From: Octopus vulgaris
Lineage: Eukaryota
Assembly: GCA_951406725.2 (NCBI GenBank)
Contig: OX597827.1
Location: forward strand, 19,282,001 to 19,346,000
Length of the DNA: 64,000 nt
Direction of reading: 5' to 3'
Shown here one piece after another: positions 1 through 13,461 of the stretch. Position 1 is the first letter of the stretch. Each line of letters begins with the position of its first letter. The position numbers and the translations under genes were made by a program. A model generated the notes under the pieces. That model was not told the origin of the DNA. It worked only from the letters and a program-made list of their open reading frames with translations, and searched no databases.

Positions 1-220
1 TACCCCCTCTCTCTCCATATATATATATACTCTTTTACTTGTTTCAGTCATTTGACTGCAGCCATGCTGGAGCACCGCCTTTAGTCAAGCAAATCGACCC
101 CAGGACTTATTCTTTGTAACTTATTCTATCGGTCTCTTTTGCCGAACCGCTAAGGTACGGGGACGTAAACACGCCAGCATCGGTTGCCAAGCGATGTTGG
201 GGGACAAACACAGACAACAA

Positions 221-255
<35 letters not shown>

Positions 256-377
256 CATATATACGACGGGCTTCTTTCAGTTTCCATCTACCAAATTCAC
301 TCACAAGGCTTTGGTCAGCCCGAGGCTATAGTAGAAGACACTTGCCCAAGGTGCCACGCAGAGGGACTGAACCCGGA

Positions 378-498
<121 letters not shown>

Positions 499-677
499 AT
501 TAATAGTGACAGAAGCAGTGTTACGACCAAAAGGTATTATTTATCCCCACTTAAAAGAGGGTATTGTATCAAAACACAGAACATTGCGAGAGTTACCATG
601 AGAAAACCTCTCATGTGGACTTGTGGTGCATATAAGCACTCTTGTTTACATCGCAGGTGGTAGATAAATCACCACCG

Positions 678-711
<34 letters not shown>

Positions 712-944
712 TTCAGCAAAATTTAGATTCAAATGAATGTGGAACTTAAGTTAGATGCACCAGAATTTTGTATGGTGTTATCCATATAAATCCATTGGGT
801 GATTATAATCAAAATAAGCAACAAGAATAACAGTTGTAATACTTATAACATTTAATAAAATGATGTAGTGCGAAACGATCGTATCAAATTACCGAAGTTA
901 TTCTTGTTGCTTATTTTGATTATATATATATATATATATATATC

Positions 945-1275
945 AGCAGAAAGATCAATGCTTGGTATCTCGTTGAGAGAGCACATCAGTAGCGAGATCA
1001 TCTGAATGAAGTCCGGCGTGAGGGATGTCATCGCAGAGTATACACGACGCCCGGCTCACCGATAATCGGTGGACCCGCGGAGTTGTCAAGTGGTACCCGC
1101 GCGAGCGGAAACGACCACCCGGAAGGCCTCCACCACGGTGGAGTTACGATTTCAGGAGGACAATTGGGATCACGTGGATGAGAAAGGCGCGATCCAGAGA
1201 GGAGTGGACAAGCGTGCTGTGACCAGCGGTGTCAAATGGATGCCTGACAGACTGGTCGGTCAAGGTGATCAAGGT
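945..1275 (+). mobile_element. 3' fragment of an RTE-clade LINE
   Basis: MLGISLREHI...DNRWTRGVVKWYPRERKRPPGRPPPRW. A similar fragment lies at about 48150-48395. Confidence 0.75.
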
Positions 1276-1814
1276 AATATATATATATATATATATTATA
1301 ATCACCTACAATAGGTATTATGTTTTCTAGATGTACAAGCCTCTTGCCACTCTCTATAAAATCGTTCTGTATCGGATTGTGGCTGGTGTATTCTAAACGC
1401 ATTCATTTATCTTATCTTCCCTTGGTGGTTTTGCAAATTCACTTACTGTCCAGTCAAGAATGCTATAACTCATTACCAGAACAGCTAAAGCATTGATGTC
1501 TGTTCTCTTCTTTGTTTACATTCAGCCTTGTATTAAGTATTTATCTGTTGCATCCATAATATTCCTACCTGGATTTTTCTCTTATTTACGTGTGTATTGT
1601 GTGTTGTATTCTGCTTAATTCATTAATACTTAGGTATTTATAATATCAAGTCTTTGTTTTGTCTAATTCCTTCTTATTTTCATCTAAAGTGATATCACTG
1701 ATTTCTTTATATGTTTTCCTCTCTTCAACGTTGCCTTAGCGCATGTTTCCTTTCAAACAGAGTTTCATGTAAATTCGATCTAGTGAATCCGTGTTTTGTC
1801 TGCTATAGCGCTCG

Positions 1815-2410
1815 AACTGGCAGAAACGTTAGCACGCCGGGCGAAATGCTTAGCGGTATTTCGTCTGTCGTTACGTTCTGAGTTCAAATTCCGCCGAGGT
1901 CGACTTTGCCTTTCATCCTCTCGGGGTCGATAAATTAAGTACCAGTTAAGCACTGGGGTCGATGTAATCGACTTAATCCCTTTGTCTGTCCTTGTTTGTC
2001 CTCTCTGTGTTTAGCCCCTTGTGGGTAGTAAAGAAATAGGTATTTCGTCTGTCGTTACGTTGTGAGTTCAGATTCCGCCAAGGTCGACTTTGCCTTTCAT
2101 CCTTTCGGGGTCGATAAATGAAGTACCAGTTACGCACTGGGGTCTATGTAATCGACTTAATACCTATGTCTGTCCTTGTTTGTCCCCTCTATGTTTAGCC
2201 CCTTGTGGGTAATAAAGAAATAGGTATTTCGTCTGCCGCTATGTTCTGAGTTCAAATTCTGCCGAGGTCGACTTTGCCTTTCATCCTTTCGGGGTCGATA
2301 AATGAAGTACCAGTTACGCACTGGGGTCGATATAATCGACTTAATCCGTTTGTCTGTCCTTGTTTGTCCTCTCTGTGTTTAGCCCCTTGTGGGTAGTAAA
2401 GAAATAGGTT
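1815..2410 (+). mobile_element. SINE family B with three tandem ~185-bp body units
   Basis: Head CTGGCAGAAACGTTAGCACGCCGGGCG, then three repeats of GGTATTTCGTCTG...GAGTTCAAATTCC...GGGGTCGATAAAT...AAAGAAATA. Single copies at about 5613-5840(-), 34125-34360(-), 42787-43020(+) and 60180-60413(-). Confidence 0.85.
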
Positions 2411-3074
2411 ATTCATGGTCTGCAGCGTACAAATCGAAAATCAGGGAATCTCTCCAGATCGAGTCGCTGCATTAAGAGGTCACAGCTCCAAGTGCTAAGG
2501 ACATGTGATTAGAACGTCGTAGAAACGAGTCGCAAGAAGGGCCCTTCAAGCCGAGCCATCCTAGGGGTAGACTTAAACGAAATGGTTGTATCATATCCAC
2601 AGTCTAAGTTGGTCATGATTGGGAATCAAACCGAAATGTCTAATGACGGTTGCATCTGATAGGGCCCTATAGAAGAGGTACCTAAGGACCCTAACCCCAT
2701 GATTTTACCGGGAATAGTGAACGGTGAAAACGGACGGATGGATGGATGGATGGATGGATGAATGGATATATATACATATGGCAAAAAGAGTAAAGACCCC
2801 CTTCGGTAGACCCCTTCGGTTATGAATGAACATGGGATTGCACCTAGAAAGTTCCCTTCACAGGCACAAGTCCGGGCAAGGTTGTTTATAGAAGACCAGC
2901 AATCTCCCATGCGTACCAGTCTCCCTCCTCTATATCACGGATGTTATCCAAGGGAAAGACAAAGACCGATACAGCTTGGCACCAGTGAAAACTGCAACTA
3001 ATTTCTACAGCTGAGTGAACTATACCAACGTGAAATATGGTGTCTTGCTCAAGAACACAACATACATACATACA

Positions 3075-3269
<195 letters not shown>

Positions 3270-3361
3270 TAATCCAAACATGAAAACACAAAGAGAAAAC
3301 ACAACAATGCGAGGACGTGGAACAACTATAGTATTATTGGACGCTCAGGAAAGAAGGAGGA

Positions 3362-3394
3362 TTTAACGTTTCGAGCGGAGCTCTTCGTCAGAAA
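3362..3394 (-). ncRNA. Minimal hammerhead ribozyme motif
   Basis: Minus strand reads TTT-CTGACGA-A-GAGC(TCC)GCTC-GAAACGTT-AAA, inside a ~200-bp insert (3265-3470) next to (TA)n. Confidence 0.6.
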
Positions 3395-3761
3395 CATAGG
3401 AAAAGGTAAGATTCAAAGAAGGGAAGACGGATGAAAAAAATCGCCAACGGTACACACGCGGTCACATTATATATACGCGCGCGCACGCACACACACACAC
3501 ACACACACACAAATGGGTGGTTGTCTTTCCATAGAGTTCAGTGTGATTTGGTACGTCGGTTAAAGGTGATAACCCCAAACAAAAACAAAAAAAACTAGTG
3601 ATGAGAGGAAGTCCCCTTGGAATATTTCTCTACTAGCAGAGAAATAATTCGTTTCTTTCTAAACGTTCTCTGTTGCTGCTGTTGTTGTTATTGTTGTTGT
3701 TGTTGTTTTAGCAGCAGCAGTACCAGTAGTAGTAGTAGTAGTAGTGGTGGTGGTGGTGGTG

Positions 3762-3832
<71 letters not shown>

Positions 3833-3859
3833 GGTGGTGGTGGTGGTGGTGGTAGTAGT

Positions 3860-4130
3860 GCGAGATGTTTGGAGTTCTGATGAAAGTTTTCGAACCTTTG
3901 TTCTCGGATTTTGTTCCACCAAAGCATGCTGAATAACAGATTTTGGTCTACCCCCTCGATTATTCTCAAGGTTATCATCTCCTGAACGAGATCTTTGGAA
4001 CCATCTCTGAACAGTTCTGATGTCAACAAAACCTTTACCAAAGGCCCGCTTGATATTCCGTAGAACTTCTGCGGCAGAGTGACCCAGAAAATCTCTCAAC
4101 ATAGTTTGGTTGTTATCATTTTCATAAGGT
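3860..4130 (-). mobile_element. Mariner transposase N-terminal relic
   Basis: GHSAAEVLRNIKRAFGKGFVDIRTVQRWFQRSRSGDDNLENNRGGRP resembles the mariner HTH region. Interrupted by a (TAG/TGG)n expansion. Confidence 0.75.
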
Positions 4131-4282
4131 CTGTGGGTACGAATTTTGTATACCAATATTGTTGGGAAAGAAAAAGAGCCAAGATTAAATGCAAAGTATA
4201 CATAATTGAGTTTTTAAATGACTGAAATAAGTAATTAAAAATGCGACATTTCACCTCAAACAACCTAATATATATACACACT

Positions 4283-4379
<97 letters not shown>

Positions 4380-4397
4380 GTATATATACACACACAT

Positions 4398-4444
<47 letters not shown>

Positions 4445-4547
4445 GTAGTTGAATGAATTATCCTAGTATGGATTATCGCTATGGACTCCGTGTGGGCAGT
4501 CATCTAAAAGTTTTTGTTCATCATGATGCTGACATAAGTTCCTTGTC

Positions 4548-4622
4548 TTTCCTGATGAGAAGGCGGCATAATGCACCCCTTATTCCATTAGGAATATGCA
4601 GTCTTCGAAACATATGTCGAGA
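4548..4622 (+). ncRNA. Type I hammerhead ribozyme motif with canonical core
   Basis: TTTC-CTGATGA-GAAGGC...GTCTTC-GAAA-CATATG-TC-GAGA. Helix II is extended and includes a TATTCC/GGAATA hairpin. Helix III region is the palindrome ACATATGT; cleavage triplet GUC. Confidence 0.72.
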
Positions 4623-4660
4623 ATAAAGGAATTTTGTTAAATCGTCGTTCAACTCCATTC

Positions 4661-4712
<52 letters not shown>

Positions 4713-6294
4713 CTTTTCTAGTCCTTCAGGATAAAAGCTCTTGTGTATTCCTTGCTTCTACACATATAGCAACTAGGCCATTTATCCTTCACCATGTATC
4801 TCAAGTCCTTTGTTTCTTTGTTTCTGCGTTCGCACCGATGCAAGCTCCAGTATGTCCCTATGGTTTTTCGAGGTCATTCAGACATGTAAGACAGAAGGGG
4901 CTCAGTAAGACCTGTCACTGCTAACGAGGCCACCCGAAAACATCCTACCTCTTATCACCTTCATCCTGATCCCACCCGATTATATGTCATTTGTCATCAT
5001 CTTCACATTGACCACCCACCCTTATTGCGCGAGGAAGGTGACAACTAGTCAGGGAGCCAAAGTCGTTTCTGATTCCACTGAGCGTTGCCCTTGTGTTCCG
5101 CTGTCAAAAATATCGGGGCACAAAAAAATGGGATGGTGTGTTTCTCCGCATCTCTGCCTCTTCTTTTGCTTTGTTCTTCGACTTAAATACCAGGCAGACA
5201 GTTCTGTAGGTCTTGTTGAGCTCGATGAAGACCACTTCTCCCAACATAGCGGATAATGCATCTTTTATTTTGGTCCTTGGGCTGAGGGCATCGGAAAAAA
5301 AACCTATGCATTTTAGGAAGCAGATAAACAACTTTGTTTGCTCTTATGCGTAACCATCTGGTTTTCCTACATTGATTTTTTCCTCTTTTCTGGGAAAAGA
5401 CTCATATACAGAAATTCTGTAGTACTCGTAGCGCTAGCAAAGCTGCCACAGGTATGCGGAGTGGCATAATTGTTTCAATGTAGGACGGATTACCTGTATG
5501 TATCAGTATTGGCAGGATCGTTAGAGCGATTGACGAAATGCTTTACGATTTGTGTTCAAATCTTGCCGAGGCCAACTTTTCTTTTTATCTTTTCGTGGTC
5601 GATAAAGTACCAGTTTCTTTACTACCCACAAGGGGCTAAACACAGAGAGGATAAACAAGGACAGACAAACGGATTAAGTCGATTATATCGACCCCAGTGC
5701 GTAACTGGTACTTAATTTATCGACCCCGAAAGGATGAAAGGCAAAGTCGACCTCTGCGGAAATTGAACTCAGAACGTAACGGCAGACGAAGTACAGCTAC
5801 GCATTTCGCCCGGCGTACTAACGTTTCTGCCAGCTCGCCGGCAGTACCAGTCAAGTACTGGAGCCGATGGTAAAGACTAACTTCACTCCCTCAAAATTGC
5901 AGACCTTGTGCTTATGTTAGAAAAATGATTGCTTTCAATGCCACAGATCGAATTATTGAAGCCAATGTTTTTAGCTGCTAAAATATTATTTTCTTTTGTT
6001 CGGGTTCAAGATTAAAGTCTTGCTGTGCAATTAAATTTATTTTCTTTTTTTGTTTAATTTCTGTTTGTGAAATGTGTTGTTTTGTTCATTGTCAACGAAT
6101 TTTTTTGAGTGGCATACATCTGTGAGAAAACACTATCTTAACTTGAAAATACACAGACATAAAAATGAAATTATTTACAAAAAAAACCCCGACCTTATGT
6201 CTACCGCGGTATGTGGTAGACTGCTCACGTTTCAATAGATAATAGTTGTAAATAATCCAACATAAAAAGTTTTTCTTTCATTTTGGCTGGAAAA

Positions 6295-7636
6295 AAAAAA
6301 CACTAAACTATCGGCACAAATGGAGACACGTACACACATCAACATATAATAGCAACAACAAAAGCAATAACGATGATTTCTTTTATGTGCCACAGGGGCG
6401 TCTGATGAAGGGGTCATTACTAAGAAAGGTTACAATTTGTTGGAGGCTTATATAAAAATGGTGGGGGTAAAAGAGGGAAGGGAAAAGAATGAGATGGAAT
6501 TATATATATATATAGTATACAAAATATGTGAACACGAATGGTGCAGACCTGTCTGATGAAGGGGTCATTACTAAGAAAGGTTACAATTTGTTGGAGGCTT
6601 ATATAAAAACGGTGGGGGTAAAAAGAGGGAAGGGGAAAGAATGAGATGGAATTATATATATATAGTATACAAAAATGTGAACACGAAAGGTGCAGACCTG
6701 TCTGATGAAGGGGTCATTACTAAGAAAGGTTACAATTTGTTGGAGGCTTATATAAAAATGGTGGGGGTAAAAAGAGGGAAGGGAAAAGAATGAGATGGAA
6801 TTATATATATATATAGTATACAAAATATGTGAACACGAATGGTGCAGACCTGTCTGATGAAGGGGTCATTACTAAGAAAGGTTACAATTTGTTGGAGGCT
6901 TATATAAAAACGGTGGGGGTAAAAACACTAAACTATCGGCACAAATGGAGACACGTACACACATCAACATATAATAGCAACAACAAAAGCAATAACGATG
7001 ATTTCTTTTATGTGCCACAGGGGCGTCTGATGAAGGGGTCATTACTAAGAAAGGTTACAATTTGTTGGAGACTTATATAAAAACGGTGGGGGTAAAAAGA
7101 GGGAAAGGGAAGGAATGAGATGGAATTATATATATATATAGTATACAAAATATGTGAACACGAATGGTGCAGACCTGTCTGATGAAGGGGTCATTACTAA
7201 GAAAGGTTACAATTTGTTGGAGGCTTATATAAAAACGGTGGGGGTAAAAAGAGGGAAGGGGAAGGAATGGGATGGAATTATATATATATAGTATACAAAA
7301 TATGTGAACACGAATGGTGCAGACCTGTCTGATGAAGGGGTCATTACTAAGAAAGGTTACAATTTGTTGGAGGCTTATATAAAAATGGTGGGGGTAAAAA
7401 GAGGGAAGGGAAAAGAATGAGATGGAATTATATATATATATAGTATACAAAATATGTGAACACGAATGGTGCAGACCTGTCTGATGAAGGGGTCATTACT
7501 AAGAAAGGTTACAATTTGTTGGAGGCTTATATAAAAATGGTGGGGGTAAAAAGAGGGAAGGGAAAAGAATGAGATGGAATTATATATATATATATATAGT
7601 ATACAAAATATGTGAACACGAATGGTGCAGACCTGT
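6295..7636. repeat. Tandem array of a ~150-bp unit (8 starts) with higher-order duplication
   Basis: TCTGATGAAGGGGTCATTACTAAG recurs at 6401, 6552, 6701, 6853, 7026, 7178, 7328 and 7480. The ~100-bp leader at about 6295-6400 recurs at about 6921-7025. Confidence 0.92.
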
Positions 7637-9128
7637 TGATACAGAGGAACATTCAACTAGAGTTAATCAAAAACCTCATAGATCTAAGACCACCTTGTCT
7701 AATTAGGGCACGAGCCCTCACCCAATTGCTGTACTCCGCTTTATAGATGCATTCCTACAGTAGTTCCATCCATCCTAACCATTTCGTCATAATCACCTTT
7801 TGACAAGTACACTAAAAGAGAGAACTGTTGTCCCTACCTTTATCTTATTTTCAGTGTAACTTGAAAAAGTCGATGAGAGTTTGGCCAAAGAGGAAGTGGT
7901 CTGCACTTAATCCTTTCAGCCTCTTGTGCTAAAACAACTTCTTTCACTACAGCTTCTAGACAAAAGAACACTGCCTGCCCTGCCTTGTTATAGGAGGGCG
8001 GGAGAACAGTTTTCACAATGGACTTGACCAAGAGCTATATAGTTAAATGCGATAACAGCTGTTTAGCAATACTTGTACAGTATTGTACAGATGCATTCAG
8101 TACGATTCCGTTGTTTCCGGTCAATCTCACCTGGCGGTACTTCCATGCGTATAGATATTATCTCGAACCTGTAATATCTCTCGGTACAACTACCAGAACA
8201 AGGATTTCTGGAAATAATCCCTTGTGATCTCCGACCTGAAAGTCCCACGGAGCAGTTCAGTCAGTATATCCTCGAGCATTTCGCGTTTAAAATCACTCCA
8301 TGGTGAAATGCGCATCTGTCATTTCCGTGGTTATTTCGTTTCGCCTAGATCTGAAGTATATTGGGGTTTTTTTTTTAACACAATACATCTATAGAAGGAC
8401 TTTTCCCGGACGAAAATTGTAGCTTCTGGTTTTTCAACGATACGCATACTCTAAATATGTTATATAGATAAACGTTTTACCCCAGAGCTGCTTTCATTGC
8501 GTAATTCGAATTTTATTCATTTTATCGCAAAAAAGTATGTTGTTTATACACACTTTATATATTTCAAATTGGCCAGTTTGACCTCGTTCGGAAGTGACAC
8601 GCGTACGTGACATTGACAAGCCGCAAAAACGGAGAAATACGCATCTGCCTTTTTCGCAGAGATTTCTGGAGTGATTTTATTTCGCCTAGCTCTGAAATAT
8701 ATTGTGTATAAATCCTTAAAATCCTTTAAAATGCTTTAGCCCGAAGGCCGCGGCCATGCTGGGTCACCACCGTATGTTAGTTTTTTTTTAACACACTGCA
8801 TCTATGAAATGATTTTCTCTCTGAATAAAAATTGCAGCTTCCGACTTTTCAACGATACACATACGTTATGTTGTACACTTTTACTCTTGTACATGTTTCA
8901 GTTATTCGACTGCGGTCATGTTGGGGCACCTCCTTGAAGGGTTTTAGTCGAAGAAATCGATCCCAGGACTTTTTCTTAAAGCCTAGTATTTATTCTTTCA
9001 GTCTCCGTTTGCCGAATCGCTAATTTACGGGGACGTAAACACACAAACACACCAACACCAGTTGTCAAATGATGGTGGTGGACAAACACAAACGCAAGCA
9101 AACACAAACACACACACACACACATACA

Positions 9129-9161
<33 letters not shown>

Positions 9162-9225
9162 GATGGGCTTCTTTAGTTTTCGCCTACCAAATCCACTCAC
9201 AAGGCTTTGGTCAGCCCGAAACTAT

Positions 9226-9377
9226 AGTAGAAGACACATACCCAAGTAGAAGACACATACCCAAGTAGAAGACACATACCCAAGTAGAAGACACATACCC
9301 AAGTAGAAGACACATACCCATGTAGAAGACACATATCCAAGTAGAAGACACATATCCAAGTAGAAGACACATACTCA
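9226..9377. repeat. 19-bp minisatellite derived from a SINE body (~8 copies)
   Basis: (AGTAGAAGACACATACCCA)n continues directly from the SINE A segment CTATAGTAGAAGACAC. Confidence 0.9.
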
Positions 9378-9699
9378 AAGCGCAAAGGCGGACGAAATGT
9401 CACTCAGCATTCTGTCCAGCCTGCTAACGATTCGGCCAGCTCACCGCCTCAATAATAATATCGGAGTAACTTGAAGACAAGCCCGTACATACCAAAATAT
9501 TATCAAGACATTAATATTAATGATGTTAAAGTGTGGCCATGTGGTAAGAAGTCTGCTTCCCAACCACATGGTTCCGGGTTCTGTCTCACTGAGTGGTACC
9601 TTGGCAAAATGTCTTCTACTATGGTTTCGGACTGACCAAAGCCTTGTGAGTGGATGCGTTAGAAGGAAACTGAAAGAGGCCCGACATATATATATGTGC

Positions 9700-9740
<41 letters not shown>

Positions 9741-9834
9741 TAAGGAAAAATTTTTTTTTAAAAATGCAGAATGCTCAAATGAAAGAAAATTTTAATAAAA
9801 TGAGAAAATGATAAAATATATAAATATATATATT

Positions 9835-9875
9835 TATTCAACCGGTTTTCGTCAATGTATGACTTGTCAAGAATA
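9835..9875 (-). ncRNA. Second copy of the U3-A8 hammerhead-like motif (left arm)
   Basis: Exact reverse complement of 13462-13502. Confidence 0.6.
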
Positions 9876-10512
9876 TTTATGTTTTAAGAAGTTTTTTTAA
9901 AAATTAGAAAGGGGAAAAAAAGAAAATTGCAATGTTTTTTGTAAAAGAATAATGATAAAAATGTACAAAAATTAAAAAATAAGTTCTCCGATACATTGTG
10001 AGTTCGTTGTGTATCTTGAGTTTTATGGTTGTTTACCAAAAAATTACCTTGAGGTGTTAAGATCCAAAGGGATTAAGAGCATGTGATGTGTTGTGTTGTT
10101 AAATACAGCATGTTGCAGGACAGGAAGTAGTAGTAATTGTGGTCCTGGTTCTTCAGTTCCTGTGTTGTGAGTAAGGGGAGACAACTCTTTTGAGTTCTTC
10201 AATAAAACCCAAATTATAAAACTATCATTTTAGCTTCATTTGCATTATCTTTTTTATATATAATTGCTTGTTAACTTAACTTTCAGATTTTAACACTTTA
10301 TTTATATTATTTTCTAATAATATAAAACTGCATAGACAATTGCATTTCAAATTGTCATATCATTTATAATAAAAATGATAGTAGTAACAACAACAATAGT
10401 GAAAATGATATTTAAAGAATATAAGTTTTAGCTTGAAGTGGTGAATGCATGGTATCTTTATATATTTGTGTTAGTCCATCCATGAAGAGTGAGGTAGAGA
10501 AAGGAAGTTTGA

Positions 10513-12367
10513 TCAACGAGGAGTTTGCATATTAAGTTGTGTTTGGAATTTTTCAATAAAGAGATTCTCCTTGTTAATTCTCTCCTGTGTGGTGATCCCG
10601 TCTTTACATTGGTAGAAGGGGAATATATAGAATTTGGGGTTTAAGTCTTTGGCACATGAGTCTAAGTGGTCACTCAGTGGAATTTGTCGGTATTCCGGGA
10701 GATTTATTTGTTCTTTATGCACCGTTACTCGTTTACGTAACGGGAGACTCGTTTGTCCCACATAATTATGTTGGCAACCAGCGCATGTGAGAACGTAGAT
10801 AAGGTTCTCGGAGGAACAGGAGAAGTTAGTCTTGATTTTAAACTTCGTACCTTGTTTGAAGGTAAATTCAGAGCCTTCAAGTAGAAAGGGACAGGTACCA
10901 CAGTTTGAGCGTGCACATTTTTTTACTGTTGGGGGTGGATGTGGTGTGTGAAGTTTGGCATTTGTCAAGAGTTTTTTTAAAGATTTGTGTTGCCTTTTGC
11001 ATTTGAGGATTTTGTGTGTATTTATAATGTTTTTCATTTTTGGGTCTGTTGACAGTAGACTGAGGTTTTGTATGATTGTGGTGTATGCTTCGATATTTTT
11101 GGGGTTGTGGGTGGAAATGTATGGAAGTATTTTGAGGTTGTGTGTGGTGTTAGGTTGGGTGGTTATCAGTGTAGTGTTGTCTAGTTCTTTGGCGCGTTTT
11201 ATTCCATACTCTATAAGGGTGGAGGGATATTGACGTTGTAATAGTGTTTTTTTGAGGTCTTGAAGGCGTATTTCTCGTGTTTTTGGATCCGAGACAATGG
11301 TGCATACCCTTTTAGCTAAATTGAAAGGGATATTTGTCTTGGTGTGTTTTGGGTGGCATGAACTAAAGAGGAGGTATTGTTGTGAGTCTGTAGGTTTGTG
11401 GTAGATGTCTGTTATGATTTGGTTCTTAGGTGTTTTTATAATTAGGAGATCAAGGAATGGGAGATGATGTTTGCTAAATTCCATAGTGAATTGGATGTTG
11501 GGATGTATGTTGTTTAGTATGGTTTTGAATTCCAGGAGTTTTTCATAAGGTTCTTTCCATATGATGAAACAATCATCTAAATACCTTTTCCAGTTTTCCA
11601 TTAGGTAGGTGTGGAAAACATGTCCAAATTTCTGGCTTGATATTTCATAGAGTGACAGTTCGAAGTAACCCATTATGAGGTTCGCAAGGACTGGTGCAGC
11701 CTTGGTACCCATCGCAATGCCACATTTTTGACGGTAGTGTGTGTCGTCGAAGAGAAAAAAATTGTTTGTCAGAATGAACTTAAGAGATTCTGTAATAAAA
11801 GACTTGTTAATGCGGTCAGGGAATGTCTCTGGGTGTTTTTCTAGCCAGAAGTCAATTGCCTCTATACCATACTCATGTGGAATGTTGGTGTAGAGGTTGA
11901 TGACATCAAAGGATACCAGGAGTGCCTCCTCGTTAACTGTTTTCGGGAGGTGTTTGAGCATGTCCAGATCATCCCTAATGAAACTTTTGATGTGGGTAAG
12001 GAAAGGTTTCAAAAGGATGTCTAGGAAGTTACTCAGGCGGTGTGTTTCACAGGAGGTACCCGCCACGATGGGCCTTAGTTTTAGGTCCTCCGGTGCTTTG
12101 ATGTTGATGTGGATGTCAGTGGAGAGTTTGCAGGCTTCGGTGATGTATTTGTTTTTATGGATTTTAGGAAGGCCATAAAAAAGGCTGGGCTTGCATTTGA
12201 AAATGGTGATATAATCCCTTTCTTTTTCTGTGAGTCCCTGGCCGTGTTGGCGTATGAGTGTGGTGAGGTTTCTGATTGTTTTTTGCTGTTTGTAGTTGTT
12301 AATAACCTCATAGAAAATGTTATTGTTAAGCATGGAGAACACTAGGTGTTTATAAAATTCCGTGTCC
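10513..12367 (-). CDS. Penelope-like reverse transcriptase plus C-terminal GIY-YIG endonuclease (N-terminally truncated, frame intact)
   Basis: PLE RT motifs FYGLPKIHK, LRPIVA, SFDVINLYTNIP, GIAMGT..AP, RYLDD, LPFLDL and YHKPT. CxxxxCxxC linker (CARSNCGTC), then NLIYVLTCAGC..NYVGQT...R...H...E..FI...LN. Confidence 0.92.
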
Positions 12368-12825
12368 CTCTTGACAAATGCCAAACTTCACACACCACAT
12401 CCACCCCCAACAGTAAAAAAATGTGCACGCTCAAACTGTGGTACCTGCCCCTTTCTACTTGAAGGCTCTGAATTTACCTTCAAACAAGGTACGAAGTTTA
12501 AAATCAAGACTAACTTCTCCTGTTCCTCCGAGAACCTTATCTACGTTCTCACATGCGCTGGTTGCCAACATAATTATGTGGGACAACGAGTCTCCCGTTA
12601 CGTAAACGAGTAACGGTGCATAAAGAACAAATAAATCTCCCGGAATACCGACAAATTCCACTGAGTGACCACTTAGACTCATGTGCCAAAGACTTAAACC
12701 CCAAATTCTATATATTCCCCTTCTACCAATGTAAAGACGGGATCACCACACAGGAGAGAATTAACAAGGAGAATCTCTTTATTGAAAAATTCCAAACACA
12801 ACTTAATATGCAAACTCCTCGTTGA
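12368..12825 (+). pseudogene. Inverted duplicate of the GIY-YIG coding segment with a 1-bp frameshift
   Basis: Same peptide as the C-terminus of the main ORF, split over ORFs 12362..12613 and 12616..12825. GGACAACGAG here versus GGACAAACGAG in the left copy. Confidence 0.85.
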
Positions 12826-13461
12826 TCAAACTTCCTTTCTCTACCTCACTCTTCATGGATGGACTAACACAAATATATAAAGATACCATGCATTCACCAC
12901 TTCAAGCTAAAACTTATATTCTTTAAATATCATTTTCACTATTGTTGTTGTTACTACTATCATTTTTATTATAAATGATATGACAATTTGAAATGCAATT
13001 GTCTATGCAGTTTTATATTATTAGAAAATAATATAAATAAAGTGTTAAAATCTGAAAGTTAAGTTAACAAGCAATTATATATAAAAAAGATAATGCAAAT
13101 GAAGCTAAAATGATAGTTTTATAATTTGGGTTTTATTGAAGAACTCAAAAGAGTTGTCTCCCCTTACTCACAACACAGGAACTGAAGAACCAGGACCACA
13201 ATTACTACTACTTCCTGTCCTGCAACATGCTGTATTTAACAACACAACACATCACATGCTCTTAATCCCTTTGGATCTTAACACCTCAAGGTAATTTTTT
13301 GGTAAACAACCATAAAACTCAAGATACACAACGAACTCACAATGTATCGGAGAACTTATTTTTTAATTTTTGTACATTTTTATCATTATTCTTTTACAAA
13401 AAACATTGCAATTTTCTTTTTTTCCCTTTCTAATTTTTAAAAAAACTTCTTAAAACATAAA

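Noticed and set aside
6401-6435. Possible hammerhead in each 150-bp tandem unit (CTGATGA...GAAA)
   Set aside because: No helix II pairing and no convincing helix I or III, so it is not called a ribozyme.
7840-8290. Coding-like minus-strand segments here and at about 4700-5400 and 21300-21600
   Set aside because: Interrupted by stops and with no motif I can assign confidently; possibly old non-LTR ORF relics, which BLASTX would settle.
9226-9377. CRISPR-like appearance of regular short repeats
   Set aside because: Repeats are contiguous with no unique spacers, there are no cas genes, and the context is eukaryotic.
12368-12384. Start MAFVKR of ORF 10513..12384
   Set aside because: It comes from reading across the inversion junction; the true PLE N-terminus is missing.
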